A stretch of 64,000 bases of DNA from Alkalispirochaeta sp. (GTDB lineage: Bacteria; Spirochaetota; Spirochaetia; DSM-27196; Alkalispirochaetaceae), in contig CBDESZ010000015.1 of assembly GCA_965242725.1 (NCBI GenBank), positions 1 to 64,000 on the forward strand. The letters run 5' to 3'. Every line of letters begins with the position of its first letter. Positions within the stretch are counted from its first letter, which is position 1. Made by a program: the position numbers and the translations under genes. Positions 50,848 to 60,184 of this stretch are shown one piece after another. The notes below the pieces were generated by a model that worked only from the letters and a program-made list of their open reading frames with translations, had not been told where the DNA came from and searched no databases.

Positions 50848-51194
50848 GAGAGCCCGTTGAACCGGCGGCCGTGTCGCCAGCTTATCAGAAATGAGCCGCC
50901 GATGATGAGCAATGGAATTGTGATGATCCAGCTCTCGCCGCCGCTCATGAGGAAAAACGCCAACCCGAAGGCAAAGAAGAGGACCGACCCGACGAACGGA
51001 CGTCGCCATGCAATGACAAGGGCAACGACGACGATCACGGTCGGTACCATGTGAATCAGCCATGCAATCGGCACTTCCCACCAGCGCAAGGCCGGGTCGA
51101 ATACGTCGAAAGTAAAAAGCCCCAAAAAGGCGGCGAACAGCACGCCGAGAACTCTCGGTGTCCAGAGGAAAATATCCTTCCCGGTGAGTTTCAT
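50844..51194 (-). CDS. small 4-TM membrane protein
   Basis: WTPRVLG...FTFDVF...HMVP...IAWRRP; GGGAG RBS. Confidence 0.7.
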   Translation of the reverse strand: MKLTGKDIFLWTPRVLGVLFAAFLGLFTFDVFDPALRWWEVPIAWLIHMVPTVIVVVALVIAWRRPFVGSVLFFAFGLAFFLMSGGESWIITIPLLIIGGSFLISWRHGRRFNGLS

Positions 51195-51297
51195 CGCGAT
51201 ACTCCCATGGCGACCTGTGTGAATCGACCTGTCTAGTATACCATCTATGCCCAATGAACGACCGGGAATCGCCCGGGACAAGGGGACATACACACCG

Positions 51298-51801
51298 ATG
51301 ATCGAAACTGAACGATTGCTGCTGCGGGAGTTTGACGATTCGGATTCCGCATTCATTATTGAACTGTTGAACGATCCGGCCTGGATAGAGAACATCGGCG
51401 ACAAACATGTAAGGACGGAGACCGACGCAGTCGCGTATCTCAGGAACGGACCGATCACCAGCTACCGCACCAATGGATTCGGTTTACTCGCGGTTGCGTT
51501 GAAACGGGACGGGTTCATTATCGGTACCTGCGGTCTGATCAAACGGCCCGGCCTGGATGACGTCGATATCGGTTTTGCCTTTCTTCCCGCGTATCGCGGG
51601 AAGGGATACGCCCTCGAGGCATCGATGGCCGTATTGGATGCTGCCGTATCCGTCCACAACCTCCGGCGGGTTCTGGCAATAGTCCTGCCGGAAAATATTG
51701 CATCGATACGACTTGTCGAACGACTCGGAATGGCTTTCGACAGGATGGTTGTGTTACCCGGTGATTCGACACCACTTGCATGTTACTCCATCGAGCTGTA
51801 G
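51298..51801 (+). CDS. GNAT N-acetyltransferase (RimJ/RimL-like)
   Basis: IETERLLLR, YRGKGYALEA, NIASIRLVERLG. Confidence 0.92.
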   Translation: MIETERLLLREFDDSDSAFIIELLNDPAWIENIGDKHVRTETDAVAYLRNGPITSYRTNGFGLLAVALKRDGFIIGTCGLIKRPGLDDVDIGFAFLPAYRGKGYALEASMAVLDAAVSVHNLRRVLAIVLPENIASIRLVERLGMAFDRMVVLPGDSTPLACYSIEL

Positions 51802-51888
51802 CCGTTCCGCTTTTCTGAAAACACCGGGACGTTGCACGTCCGTCGCATCCCAACGATCAGCGCTGCTTCGTCGCGAGGCGTGCAATTC

Positions 51889-52287
51889 TCACGGCAGCTC
51901 ATCGTATTTCGGAATATGTTCGAGATTATCATCCCAGTTTGCCTTTTCTTTCATATATATATGACCGGCAGGAGTAATATCAATTTCCGTATCAAGACTT
52001 CCGGCAGGAACAACCAATAACGTTCCATCCATTTGGATATTCGGCACTGCGGAACTGCAATTCGGGCAGAATGCCTTTATGTGACCGGAATTTTGATAAT
52101 TGAATATTCTGACGTCATGTTCTCCTTTTAACCATTTTAAAGTTGCCGTAGAAGAAAACAGATTCGCCGCATGTACGGAACCCGTATCTTTTCTGCACGA
52201 TCTACAATGACATAAAAAGAAATTCTCAAAGACTCCATCTATTTCATAGTGAATGTTGCCGCATAAACATGAACCAGAATATTTCAC
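51889..52287 (-). CDS. GFA family Zn-binding protein
   Basis: GSCLCG, CHCRSCRK, FCPNC; GTG start after GGAGG; visibly AT-rich. Confidence 0.9.
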   Translation of the reverse strand: MKYSGSCLCGNIHYEIDGVFENFFLCHCRSCRKDTGSVHAANLFSSTATLKWLKGEHDVRIFNYQNSGHIKAFCPNCSSAVPNIQMDGTLLVVPAGSLDTEIDITPAGHIYMKEKANWDDNLEHIPKYDELP

Positions 52288-52389
52288 TTTACCTCCCTTT
52301 CGCCCATTAACGTCACATTTTTCGTTTTCTCGTATATTGAACTTCGTCACATGGAGATTTATGTCACGGTATCCGCATTTGCACCAACC

Positions 52390-52477
52390 GGCACATGACG
52401 CGTGCGAGCCTGGCACAAGTCATGTGCCGAATTCGCACAAAGCATGCGCCATTCCGGCACAAAGCATGTGCCATCGT
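52390..52477. repeat. four tandem 22-bp units with palindromic core GGCACA-N5-TGTGCC
   Basis: Units start at 52390, 52412, 52434 and 52456. Confidence 0.8.
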
Positions 52478-52588
52478 GCCGACATGAAGGGGACCATACA
52501 TAACCCGTCGGTGCAATAAAGGTTGTATCTGTTCCCGCTTGTGTGTTCCTGCCGACGCTGAGCGGACAGCCCGGACGGGCGTTCCCGG

Positions 52589-53080
52589 TCAGGACCGGGG
52601 TACCAGGAGCCAGACGCCGAGTGCCATCGCCGCAACGCCCGCGATTCGCCGGAGATCAATCGTCACCGCGGTACCGCCGGCGCCGCCGAAATGGTCGATA
52701 ACCATGCCCAGGACAAGCTGGGAGAGGATGATTGCAGAGAGGCCCGCCGTCACACCCGCCCCCTGAACGGAATAGGAAACGCCGACAATTATCGCGATTC
52801 CGAGAAGGCCGGCGACAACGATCCAGGTGACCACCTGCGGCGTCTGAGCGGTACGCCCGGACAAGATAAGGAGTCCGGCATCGACACGTCCCGCGAAACG
52901 TACGAGGGCTGCGACCAGCACGATCACGACGGCGATGGTTCCTCCCGCCGTGTTCACCATGAGACCGGTGCGGAGCGGCCCGATGACCGCGCCGGCGCGT
53001 CCGGTCAATGTCGACTGGACGGCGATTGCCGTCCCCGTCGCCAGGGCAGCGAGAACCGCCGCAAGTACCCGTACCGTCAC
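52589..53080 (-). CDS. DMT family (YdcZ/DUF606-like) transporter
   Basis: GTAIAVQ, GLLG, QLVLGMVIDHFG. Confidence 0.85.
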   Translation of the reverse strand: MTVRVLAAVLAALATGTAIAVQSTLTGRAGAVIGPLRTGLMVNTAGGTIAVVIVLVAALVRFAGRVDAGLLILSGRTAQTPQVVTWIVVAGLLGIAIIVGVSYSVQGAGVTAGLSAIILSQLVLGMVIDHFGGAGGTAVTIDLRRIAGVAAMALGVWLLVPRS

Positions 53081-53733
53081 GGACGTGCCCCTTTGTCACA
53101 CACCACCACCCACGAGAGATCGGAAAATCTCTTCCATTGCGCCGTCCAGCCGCTCCGATGAAGCATCTTGGTACTCTCCTCCACATTCCAGAAAAACTCG
53201 TCTTCCATATCATCGGCAAGGCCGGGACAGGAATCGCGGTTGGCCGCCAGAATTCGGAGCCGGTCCTCTTCGTTTCGGTACATCAGATCGCCTGCGATAA
53301 CCCGCGTCCCGCCGTCCGTCTTTTCCCTGAGGGTGCGGAAGAGGTGCTCCCGCTCGAGCGCGGTGAGGTGGTGGAGGGCGTAGGAGGAGACGACGGCGTC
53401 ATATCCGGCGAGCTCCCGTTCCGTCACAAAGGCGAGGATGTCATCCCTCACCAGGGTGACTGCACGGCCGGCAAGCTTTGCCTCGGCAAGGGCGAGCATG
53501 CGCTCCGATACGTCCACGCCGGTGACCACCGCGTCGGCGGGGAGGCGGAGGATGGTGTTTCCCGTCCCGGTGCCAAGATCGAGGACGCGGCTGCCCGGTT
53601 TGATCCGGGAACCGATGCAGGTAAGGACCCGGGAATACCCCGTCCGTATGGGATTGCCCTCATTCCGTACGTCCCCGTCATACTCCGGTGCGTCGCCGTC
53701 ATGGTTGAAGTAGTCGGCATACTCGCTTCTCAT
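53077..53733 (-). CDS. class I SAM-dependent methyltransferase
   Basis: VLDLGTGTG, SSYALHHL. Confidence 0.9.
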   Translation of the reverse strand: MRSEYADYFNHDGDAPEYDGDVRNEGNPIRTGYSRVLTCIGSRIKPGSRVLDLGTGTGNTILRLPADAVVTGVDVSERMLALAEAKLAGRAVTLVRDDILAFVTERELAGYDAVVSSYALHHLTALEREHLFRTLREKTDGGTRVIAGDLMYRNEEDRLRILAANRDSCPGLADDMEDEFFWNVEESTKMLHRSGWTAQWKRFSDLSWVVVCDKGARP

Positions 53734-54404
53734 CGCTCCACCGGTGAAAGTATGAATCCCCTGATGACAAGATGCAACGCCAGGATGATCTCACCCAGCG
53801 CAGTCGGTGCGTTGAGGGCAAAGTAGGGCACCGATACGAGCGGGACCGCTTCGACCATATAGAGCAGCGTGGCACCCATCGTCAGGACGGCGGCGGCGAC
53901 CCCCCACAGAGAGATCCACCGGGGAATCAGGCGGGACTTCAGAAAGGATGCGTAGAGAAGGAAGGTGCCGACGGTCCAGGGCAGGATGACGGTGATGTGG
54001 TTAAGGGCGTCCCGGCCGTGCCGCAGAAGCGCACCGGTCACATCCATATAGCTCGCCGTAGCAGAATCGGCCCCGGAAATTGCGCGCGCCAGCGTCAGGA
54101 AGAGAAGAAGCGTGGCGATACCGGCAAAGAGGAAGATCGCCCCTGTGGCGCGGAAGACGAGATACGCCCGCGCCGCATGCCGGCCCAGGACGCCGACAAG
54201 GGGAGTGGTGATGACCGCGATCGTCACATAGAGGACCGCCATCACCGCCTGAAAGAAGACCGCCCGGAGAATTTCTCCTTCCAGGGAAGGGAGCCGCATG
54301 AGATAGTCCGCCTTTTCCAGGGCGGGGACGGAACTGAATATCCCCGCTCCCATGGAGGCGATCAGGAGAATGCCGAAGGCGACGGCTGTTCGTCTCGATA
54401 TCAT
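53730..54404 (-). CDS. DUF4386 family membrane protein
   Basis: SRLIPRWISLWG, EIILALHLVIRGF. Confidence 0.8.
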   Translation of the reverse strand: MISRRTAVAFGILLIASMGAGIFSSVPALEKADYLMRLPSLEGEILRAVFFQAVMAVLYVTIAVITTPLVGVLGRHAARAYLVFRATGAIFLFAGIATLLLFLTLARAISGADSATASYMDVTGALLRHGRDALNHITVILPWTVGTFLLYASFLKSRLIPRWISLWGVAAAVLTMGATLLYMVEAVPLVSVPYFALNAPTALGEIILALHLVIRGFILSPVER

Positions 54405-54417
54405 TTCACACCTTCCC

Positions 54418-55521
54418 CTAAAACTGCGGTCCCAGGAGTTCCGAGAGCCCTTCCAGAAGGGGCACCATCCTGCCGCTGTTGGTGAAGACCACCAGCCCGT
54501 ACGACTCCTCTGGAACGAACATCGCGTAGGACTGAAAGTCGTGGTTGTTGCCGGTATGGAGGTGCATCGTCCACCGGGGCGTTCGCTTTTGCGCAAAGCC
54601 GAGGCCCCAGCCGGTCTGCCCCACCTCCACCTGCAGGGGGTTGTCCGCGGCAAAGCGCGTCTCTTCGCGGAGCATTGCATCAAAGGTGTCCTCTTCCAGT
54701 CCCTCCCGCTTCAGCATGGCGACAATGAACCGGGCGTACTCGGACGCCTCGCTGTGGAGGCTTGAAAAGGCGTTAAAGGTCTCGCCGTTCCATCCTCCCT
54801 CGGCGGGGCTTTTTTGGGTCGGATTGCCCTCTTCATCGTGACCGTACACCTTGTGAGCCTGGAGATAGTCGTCCCAGATGAAGGTTGTGTGAGTCATGAG
54901 CAGAGGCCGGGTAACGGTTTCCCGGAAGAGGTTGTTGAGCTCCGCGCCGAGGTCCGTCCCCGTCAGCGATGCGATGACCGCCGCGAGATACTGATAGGCT
55001 TCACCGGAGTAGCCAAAGCCCGTACCCGGCTGAAAGGCGAGGGTGATGGGCTCACCGAAGGAGTGGTTGGGAAAGCCCGTCTGATGGGCCAGAACCATGC
55101 GCGCCGTAATCGCCTTGGACGCCTCCCGCGACGCCGGAGCTATGCCGGGGTGGGGAAGGTATTCATGGAGGGACCGATCCAGATCGAGCACGCCCTCCTC
55201 GACGAGCTTCAGCGCAAAGTAGGCGAAGATCGGTTTTGAAAGGGATGCACCCTCAAAGACGCTTTGGTCATCCACGGTCTCACCTGTTTCCGCGTTACCC
55301 ACTCCCAGCGCCGCGTGATAGGCGATCTCGTTATCGTTGATAACGGCAATAGAAAGACCGGGGATCTCCTCCCGGCGCATGATCTCCAGGATCTCCGCCG
55401 TGAGGGCGGAGGCGGTGAGCGTCCCTCCGTCGAGGGTGTTCACGCGGGGCTCTTCCGCAGGGGCCGCGGCGGCCGCGACGGCCAGGATTATCAGGAACAG
55501 TAGCGGTTTTGTCGGTTTCAC
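54418..55521 (-). CDS. serine hydrolase, beta-lactamase class C/AmpH-like
   Basis: SLSK (SxxK), YSGEAY, HTG; signal peptide. Confidence 0.9.
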   Translation of the reverse strand: MKPTKPLLFLIILAVAAAAAPAEEPRVNTLDGGTLTASALTAEILEIMRREEIPGLSIAVINDNEIAYHAALGVGNAETGETVDDQSVFEGASLSKPIFAYFALKLVEEGVLDLDRSLHEYLPHPGIAPASREASKAITARMVLAHQTGFPNHSFGEPITLAFQPGTGFGYSGEAYQYLAAVIASLTGTDLGAELNNLFRETVTRPLLMTHTTFIWDDYLQAHKVYGHDEEGNPTQKSPAEGGWNGETFNAFSSLHSEASEYARFIVAMLKREGLEEDTFDAMLREETRFAADNPLQVEVGQTGWGLGFAQKRTPRWTMHLHTGNNHDFQSYAMFVPEESYGLVVFTNSGRMVPLLEGLSELLGPQF

Positions 55522-55628
55522 AACGTATCGTCTCTCCCCGCCGCGCCCGATCTCCGGCACGGCTCATTAGAATGTGTAGGGGAGAGTATCGAATCGGTTG
55601 AGAGGTGAATTGTAAAAAAGGGACATTC

Positions 55629-56435
55629 TCAGATGGAATCGTCGCCGAGCTTCCAGAAATCCCTCGGGCTCAATCCGGTGAAAGCGCGGAACTCGTGGTT
55701 GAGGTGGGCCTGGTCAAAGTACCCCGCCCCATGGGCGAGGTCGGTGAGGGTAGACGCGGCGGGATACCCCTTTATGACCGACTCAAAGCGAACGACCCGG
55801 GCGTATTTTTTCGGCGTGAATCCCGTACACGCCTTGAACCGCCTGTTTAAGTGCTTCCGGGAGAGGCCGTACCGTGCCGCCAGATCGGCGAGGGACACGT
55901 TGCCCCCGCCGCTTCTGATCACGGTAACCGCATCAGCCATGGCTGCATCGTCTGTTGTGGTCCCGAAGGTGCGGCCGGTTCCCGATCCCCCGGCTGCGCG
56001 CAATCGTGCCCGGAAGAACGCGGTGAGCATCGCTATGCGTTCCGCCACGCTCCCCGCGGCGGCGATCCTCTCGTTCAACAGCGCCCCGTCCCGTGCAAGA
56101 AGGGTATCGACGGAGAGGAGCTCCTGACTCACCTCCGATGCGGCAACGGGAAAGAGCCGGGCCAGCGCGTGGGAATACACTGAGACACCCAGGAGGTGGC
56201 GATAGGGCCGTATCGTGAGGTGGCGGGGTAGATAGGTATGCCCTTCCACCATGGAATGGAGAAGTTCCCCGTCGGCAGAGGAATCGGAAAAGGCAAAGGT
56301 GATATTGGTCAGCGTATTTGCAACGATGTAGTAGTGCCCTCCCGGGTGCGGCGTCCGGGCGTCCCAGCTGCACAGCCAGAAGTGGCGTATGATATCTTTC
56401 AGTTCATCGCACGGCGCGATTTCGGCATAATCCAT
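55629..56435 (-). CDS. AraC family regulator
   Basis: PCDELKDIIRHFW N-terminus; AGYFDQAHLNHEFRAFTGLSP. Confidence 0.9.
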   Translation of the reverse strand: MDYAEIAPCDELKDIIRHFWLCSWDARTPHPGGHYYIVANTLTNITFAFSDSSADGELLHSMVEGHTYLPRHLTIRPYRHLLGVSVYSHALARLFPVAASEVSQELLSVDTLLARDGALLNERIAAAGSVAERIAMLTAFFRARLRAAGGSGTGRTFGTTTDDAAMADAVTVIRSGGGNVSLADLAARYGLSRKHLNRRFKACTGFTPKKYARVVRFESVIKGYPAASTLTDLAHGAGYFDQAHLNHEFRAFTGLSPRDFWKLGDDSI

Positions 56436-56534
56436 GAGGTCGGTCAAAGATACCACGGCGGGAGGATTCCGGCACCCTCTATGGTTGATGACAACCCGTC
56501 CCGTTTGTGTAACCATATCGTCCGGAGGATTCGT

Positions 56535-57245
56535 ATGGAGACAAACACCGGTGATACCGGCGCTGGTACAACCCTCTCGACTCGGCGCAGACGAGCTGCC
56601 CTTGCTGCCGCTATAGCGCTCCTGGGAATGGGCGTCGCCGCGGGTGTCGCCTTCGGCGTCATTCACGGTCAACTCGTTATTCCCGGTAACCCCGTCACAA
56701 CCGCCGCCAACATACGGAACAATACCACCCTTTTCGCGCTTGAAGTGGCGTTGTGGATTATCATCGTGGCGGCTGATGTGATCGTCGCCCTTGCCCTGTG
56801 GCGCTTCTTCAAGCCCGTACACCGGGGACTGTCCCGTGCTGCGGCGGTGATGCGTCTCGTCTATTCGGTGATTCTCGCCACGGCCGTCGTCATCCTTGCA
56901 ACGGCTCTTTTTGCCGGAGACGACGCGTATTCCCGGATAACTGTCTTTGAAAGGATATGGTCCCTCGGTCTGATTCTCTTTGGCGGCCATCTGTTGCTGC
57001 TGGGAATTGTGTCCATTCAGGCGCCGGAAGTTCCACGTATTATCGCGTGGCTCCTTGCGGGCGCGGGACCGGCGTATACGGTAATTCACATAATGGACAA
57101 CCTCGACCCCGACGCCGCTAAGCTCGGCGCGGCAATAGGCCGCATCCTTTCTGCGCCGATGGCCCTTGCCGAGCTTGGGTTTGCGGTGTGGCTGATCGTA
57201 CTGGTTGTTCGCAGTCGAAGGCGACGTGACGGTGCATCCCGGTAA
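56535..57245 (+). CDS. DUF4386 family membrane protein
   Basis: TAANI, ADVIVALALW, GLILFGGHL, ELGFAVWL; GGAGG RBS. Confidence 0.8.
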   Translation: METNTGDTGAGTTLSTRRRRAALAAAIALLGMGVAAGVAFGVIHGQLVIPGNPVTTAANIRNNTTLFALEVALWIIIVAADVIVALALWRFFKPVHRGLSRAAAVMRLVYSVILATAVVILATALFAGDDAYSRITVFERIWSLGLILFGGHLLLLGIVSIQAPEVPRIIAWLLAGAGPAYTVIHIMDNLDPDAAKLGAAIGRILSAPMALAELGFAVWLIVLVVRSRRRRDGASR

Positions 57246-57293
57246 CACGGATACATCGGATACATCAGAGATTGAGTAGACGAGGATTGGGTC

Positions 57294-57644
57294 ATGGAGT
57301 TTCACCATCACACGCGGGGGACTCACAAAGTAGCCGAATTGGTATCACCGGAGCGATGCATCGATACCGCCTCGGACTTTCTCGATGTCGTGGCAAATGC
57401 CGGGGCCAGATCCGTGCTGGTACACAACCATCACCTCCATGACGATTTTTTCGATCTGAAAACGGGGCTCGCCGGTGAAATCCTGCAGAAGGTCAGTAAT
57501 TACCGCACCCGTCTGGGCGTCATCGGCGACCATTCGCGATTCACTTCCGGCGCCATGCGCGATTTCATCCGTGAGAGTAACCGGACCGGACAGGTTGTCT
57601 TTGTCGCGTCCGTTGAGGAGGCTCTCGACCGATTTCTCGGGTGA
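57294..57644 (+). CDS. DUF4180 family protein
   Basis: FFDLKTGLAGEILQKVSNY, DFIRESN. Confidence 0.9.
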   Translation: MEFHHHTRGTHKVAELVSPERCIDTASDFLDVVANAGARSVLVHNHHLHDDFFDLKTGLAGEILQKVSNYRTRLGVIGDHSRFTSGAMRDFIRESNRTGQVVFVASVEEALDRFLG

Positions 57645-57699
57645 CTGCAGCCTTCATAGAAATCACTGGGGATTGATTCCCATCCGGCAACGATCGTGC

Positions 57700-58507
57700 A
57701 ATTTGAAAAGGAATTCTTCCGGCGCAGACAGGGCAGGGACTTCGTCCGATTCCCCAGTATGAGCCGACTCCCGACCTGATCGCGAATATGGTTGGATTCC
57801 GGAAAGGGGAAATCGAAGGGATCTCCGATGTCGTAGAGAGAGTTCTTAGGTAACTTTCGAATCCCCGTTCGCCGACGGAGGCATACGATACAAAGTGCGC
57901 CGATCCTTCCAGGGATGGATCGGGGGAGGCGAGGAGGAGGGCGTACGCTTCCTCCTTGAGGTCGCGATAGAGACTGGCCGGCTCGGCTTCCATCCGGGTT
58001 GCCGCGTTCGTCTCGTCGACCATCCCGGTACGAACGGCGGGGAAAACGCCGATACTGGTATTCTCCCGGCGTGACGCCTTTGAAATGGTAACGCCCACGA
58101 CGCTGAATCCAATGTCCGTTTTCACCGTCCTGACAAAGAGTGGACCACCACTGTTGCCTCCCTCGATCGATACAGTATGTTGAATGAGATAGCTGTAATG
58201 GGGGTCAATTCTCGCCGCCGCGTTGGTGACAACTCCGTAAGACAATTGTCACAACAGAGACTGGGCAAATCCGGGATAACCTGTCGCATACACCCGTGTA
58301 CCGTCGGTAACACGGGTGGAGGATACGGGAAATCCCCGGGTAAATGATCCTGCCGGCAGACGCAATACGGCGAGGCATATGCGGTCTTCCACATATGCTA
58401 ACGGCAACGATCAAACGCACGAAAGATGAGGACAACTCCGCATTTACCCGTTCTGCGCCCGCATAAACGAGAACTGCCGACGAGGTATGAGGTTTCGCGC
58501 CAGGCAT
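57700..58507 (-). pseudogene. degraded trypsin-like (S1) serine protease
   Basis: GVVT...IQHTVSIEGGNSGGPL in ORF 57565..58245; no intact N-terminus; boundaries approximate. Confidence 0.6.
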
Positions 58508-58526
58508 TGACCCGAAAAGGACGGAA

Positions 58527-58733
58527 TCACCGGAGTTGCAGAACCCGACGGATTGTATGGGACAACGGGGTCACCCAGCCGGAGGATGATAACTCAACAT
58601 GAGGCGCCCCGACCCGGTGAAGGAGCACGTTTTCCGACGGGCCGTCGGTATTTCTGAACTGACCGAGGGTGATTGCGGCGACGCCGATGAGGACGAAAAG
58701 TCCGTACCATTTCCTTCTGCCGTGGTGGTTCAT
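58527..58733 (-). CDS. short membrane-anchored ORF or truncated gene
   Basis: GGAGG RBS, ATGA overlap with the flavodoxin gene, one TM then no recognisable domain. Confidence 0.35.
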   Translation of the reverse strand: MNHHGRRKWYGLFVLIGVAAITLGQFRNTDGPSENVLLHRVGAPHVELSSSGWVTPLSHTIRRVLQLR

Positions 58734-59227
58734 CGCCCGCCTCCCGTCACCCACTGACGGGCAAAGGTGCGGATTTCCTCCCCGTTGATCCGCCGATAAC
58801 TTCCGGTTACTCCTGCCTTCCTTTTCAGGAGGTATCGCATCAGGGGTCCGTAATCTTCAATTGAAAGTTCTCCGCCGAAGAAGCGCCGCTGTTCCGCCCG
58901 GGTGATCATGTCGCGGGGAAAATTGTTTTCAAAATAGGCTGCGTCCTCCCGTCCGGAACAGAGAAAGAATCCCATGCGTTTTGCCGGCAGGACGGCGCGA
59001 TGTGCATCGATGAATCGGCGAATCCCGGGGTGCACTTTGCCCGCCCAGATCGACGATCCGATGATGACGTGGTCGTAACGGGAAACTTCCGTGCGCCGTG
59101 CCTTCTTAATGTCCACGACGTCACAGCCTGCGCCTCCTGCACGGTTGATCTCATCCCTCAGTGTGAAGGCACACTTTTTGGTGCATCCTTTTCGGCTTCC
59201 ATAGAGAATTAATGTTTTCATGTTCAT
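58730..59227 (-). CDS. flavodoxin domain protein (HemG-like)
   Basis: YGSRKGCTKKCA, IIGSSIWAG, FFGGEL. Confidence 0.88.
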   Translation of the reverse strand: MNMKTLILYGSRKGCTKKCAFTLRDEINRAGGAGCDVVDIKKARRTEVSRYDHVIIGSSIWAGKVHPGIRRFIDAHRAVLPAKRMGFFLCSGREDAAYFENNFPRDMITRAEQRRFFGGELSIEDYGPLMRYLLKRKAGVTGSYRRINGEEIRTFARQWVTGGGR

Positions 59228-59248
59228 CTCCCTTTAGTGGTTTTAACC

Positions 59249-59280
59249 GTTTGTGGCGGGGGATGAAAAAAAGTTACGGC
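59249..59280 (-). promoter_or_regulatory. candidate ECF promoter of the flavodoxin gene
   Basis: GCCGTAAC-N15-GCCACAAAC, matching the site at 60099. Confidence 0.65.
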
Positions 59281-59303
59281 CTTTTGTGGTATAATCGAAC
59301 GAA

Positions 59304-60089
59304 ATGGCAGACATCGAGTCGATTGTCCGTGAACATGGAAAGCGGCTGTACAATCTCGCATATCGGATCTGCGGTGATGCCGAGCTTGCGGAGGATCTCT
59401 ATCAGGAGAGCCTTATCGCGATCAATCAGGCTCTTCCGTCATTTCGGGGAGAGAGTACCTCTTTCACATGGGCATACCGTATTACCACCCGGACCTGTCT
59501 CAGAAAAAGAGGGGCCCTCACGGGGGACAGCGATGCACGGGCGGCGTTGCGGCGGGCGGACCACGCGGGGCACACGGAGGGGGATGAGGAATATGCGATT
59601 GAGACCCTCCCTTCGGACGGGATGTCCCCCGAGGAAAAACTGGTACACGACGCGCTCATGGCGGAAATCAGGGAGAAGTGCCACTATTTTGTGACCTTTT
59701 CCCTGACCGACGAACAGCGGGTGCCCCTGCTGTTGAAGGACCTCTTCGATTTTTCATACCGGGAGATCGCCTACATTCTCGATGTGACCGAGGACATTGT
59801 CCGGTCCCGGATTTCCCGGGCCCGTACCAATCTGAAGCGTCACTTTGAAAAACGGTGTTCCTGGATCAATCCCGCCAACCCCTGCACCTGTGAGAGCCGC
59901 GCCGGCGAGGCGATCGCCAAATACCCGTCCCTTCTCAGTACGCTCCGACGCCGGACCAGCCGACCCGAATACAACCGCATGATCGCACGGCAGATCGGAA
60001 AAAAGATCGAATCGGAAGACGATATCATCGCCTCCTTTCCTCTTCTCGACCATAAAGCCCGTACCTCCCTGAAAAAAATTAGTGAATAG
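59304..60089 (+). CDS. ECF sigma factor with Cys-rich C-terminal extension
   Basis: AEDLYQE, FTWAYRI, FSYREIA, VRSRISRAR; then RCSWINPANPCTC. Confidence 0.92.
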   Translation: MADIESIVREHGKRLYNLAYRICGDAELAEDLYQESLIAINQALPSFRGESTSFTWAYRITTRTCLRKRGALTGDSDARAALRRADHAGHTEGDEEYAIETLPSDGMSPEEKLVHDALMAEIREKCHYFVTFSLTDEQRVPLLLKDLFDFSYREIAYILDVTEDIVRSRISRARTNLKRHFEKRCSWINPANPCTCESRAGEAIAKYPSLLSTLRRRTSRPEYNRMIARQIGKKIESEDDIIASFPLLDHKARTSLKKISE

Positions 60090-60098
60090 CGCCGCGAC

Positions 60099-60131
60099 GC
60101 CGTAACCTTTTTCAATCTTCACGCCACCAAC
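60099..60131 (+). promoter_or_regulatory. candidate ECF promoter of the SDR operon
   Basis: GCCGTAAC-N16-GCCACCAAC. Confidence 0.65.
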
Positions 60132-60184
60132 TCCATATACGTCCCGGTAGCGCCGGGACGGTAATAATTCTCAAGGAGCACAGG

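Noticed and set aside
50848..51408. N-terminal extension of the 394-aa ORF
   Set aside because: Overlaps the 4-TM gene and GNAT in other frames; ATGA coupling supports a start at 50847.
52390..52477. CRISPR array or sigma54 promoter
   Set aside because: Only 5-nt gaps between cores, no unique spacers, no cas genes; TGGCAC is followed by TTGT or ATGT, not TTGC.
56436..57326. Long N-terminal extension of the AraC (565-aa ORF)
   Set aside because: It is the antisense of the DUF4386 gene; the AraC starts at 56435.
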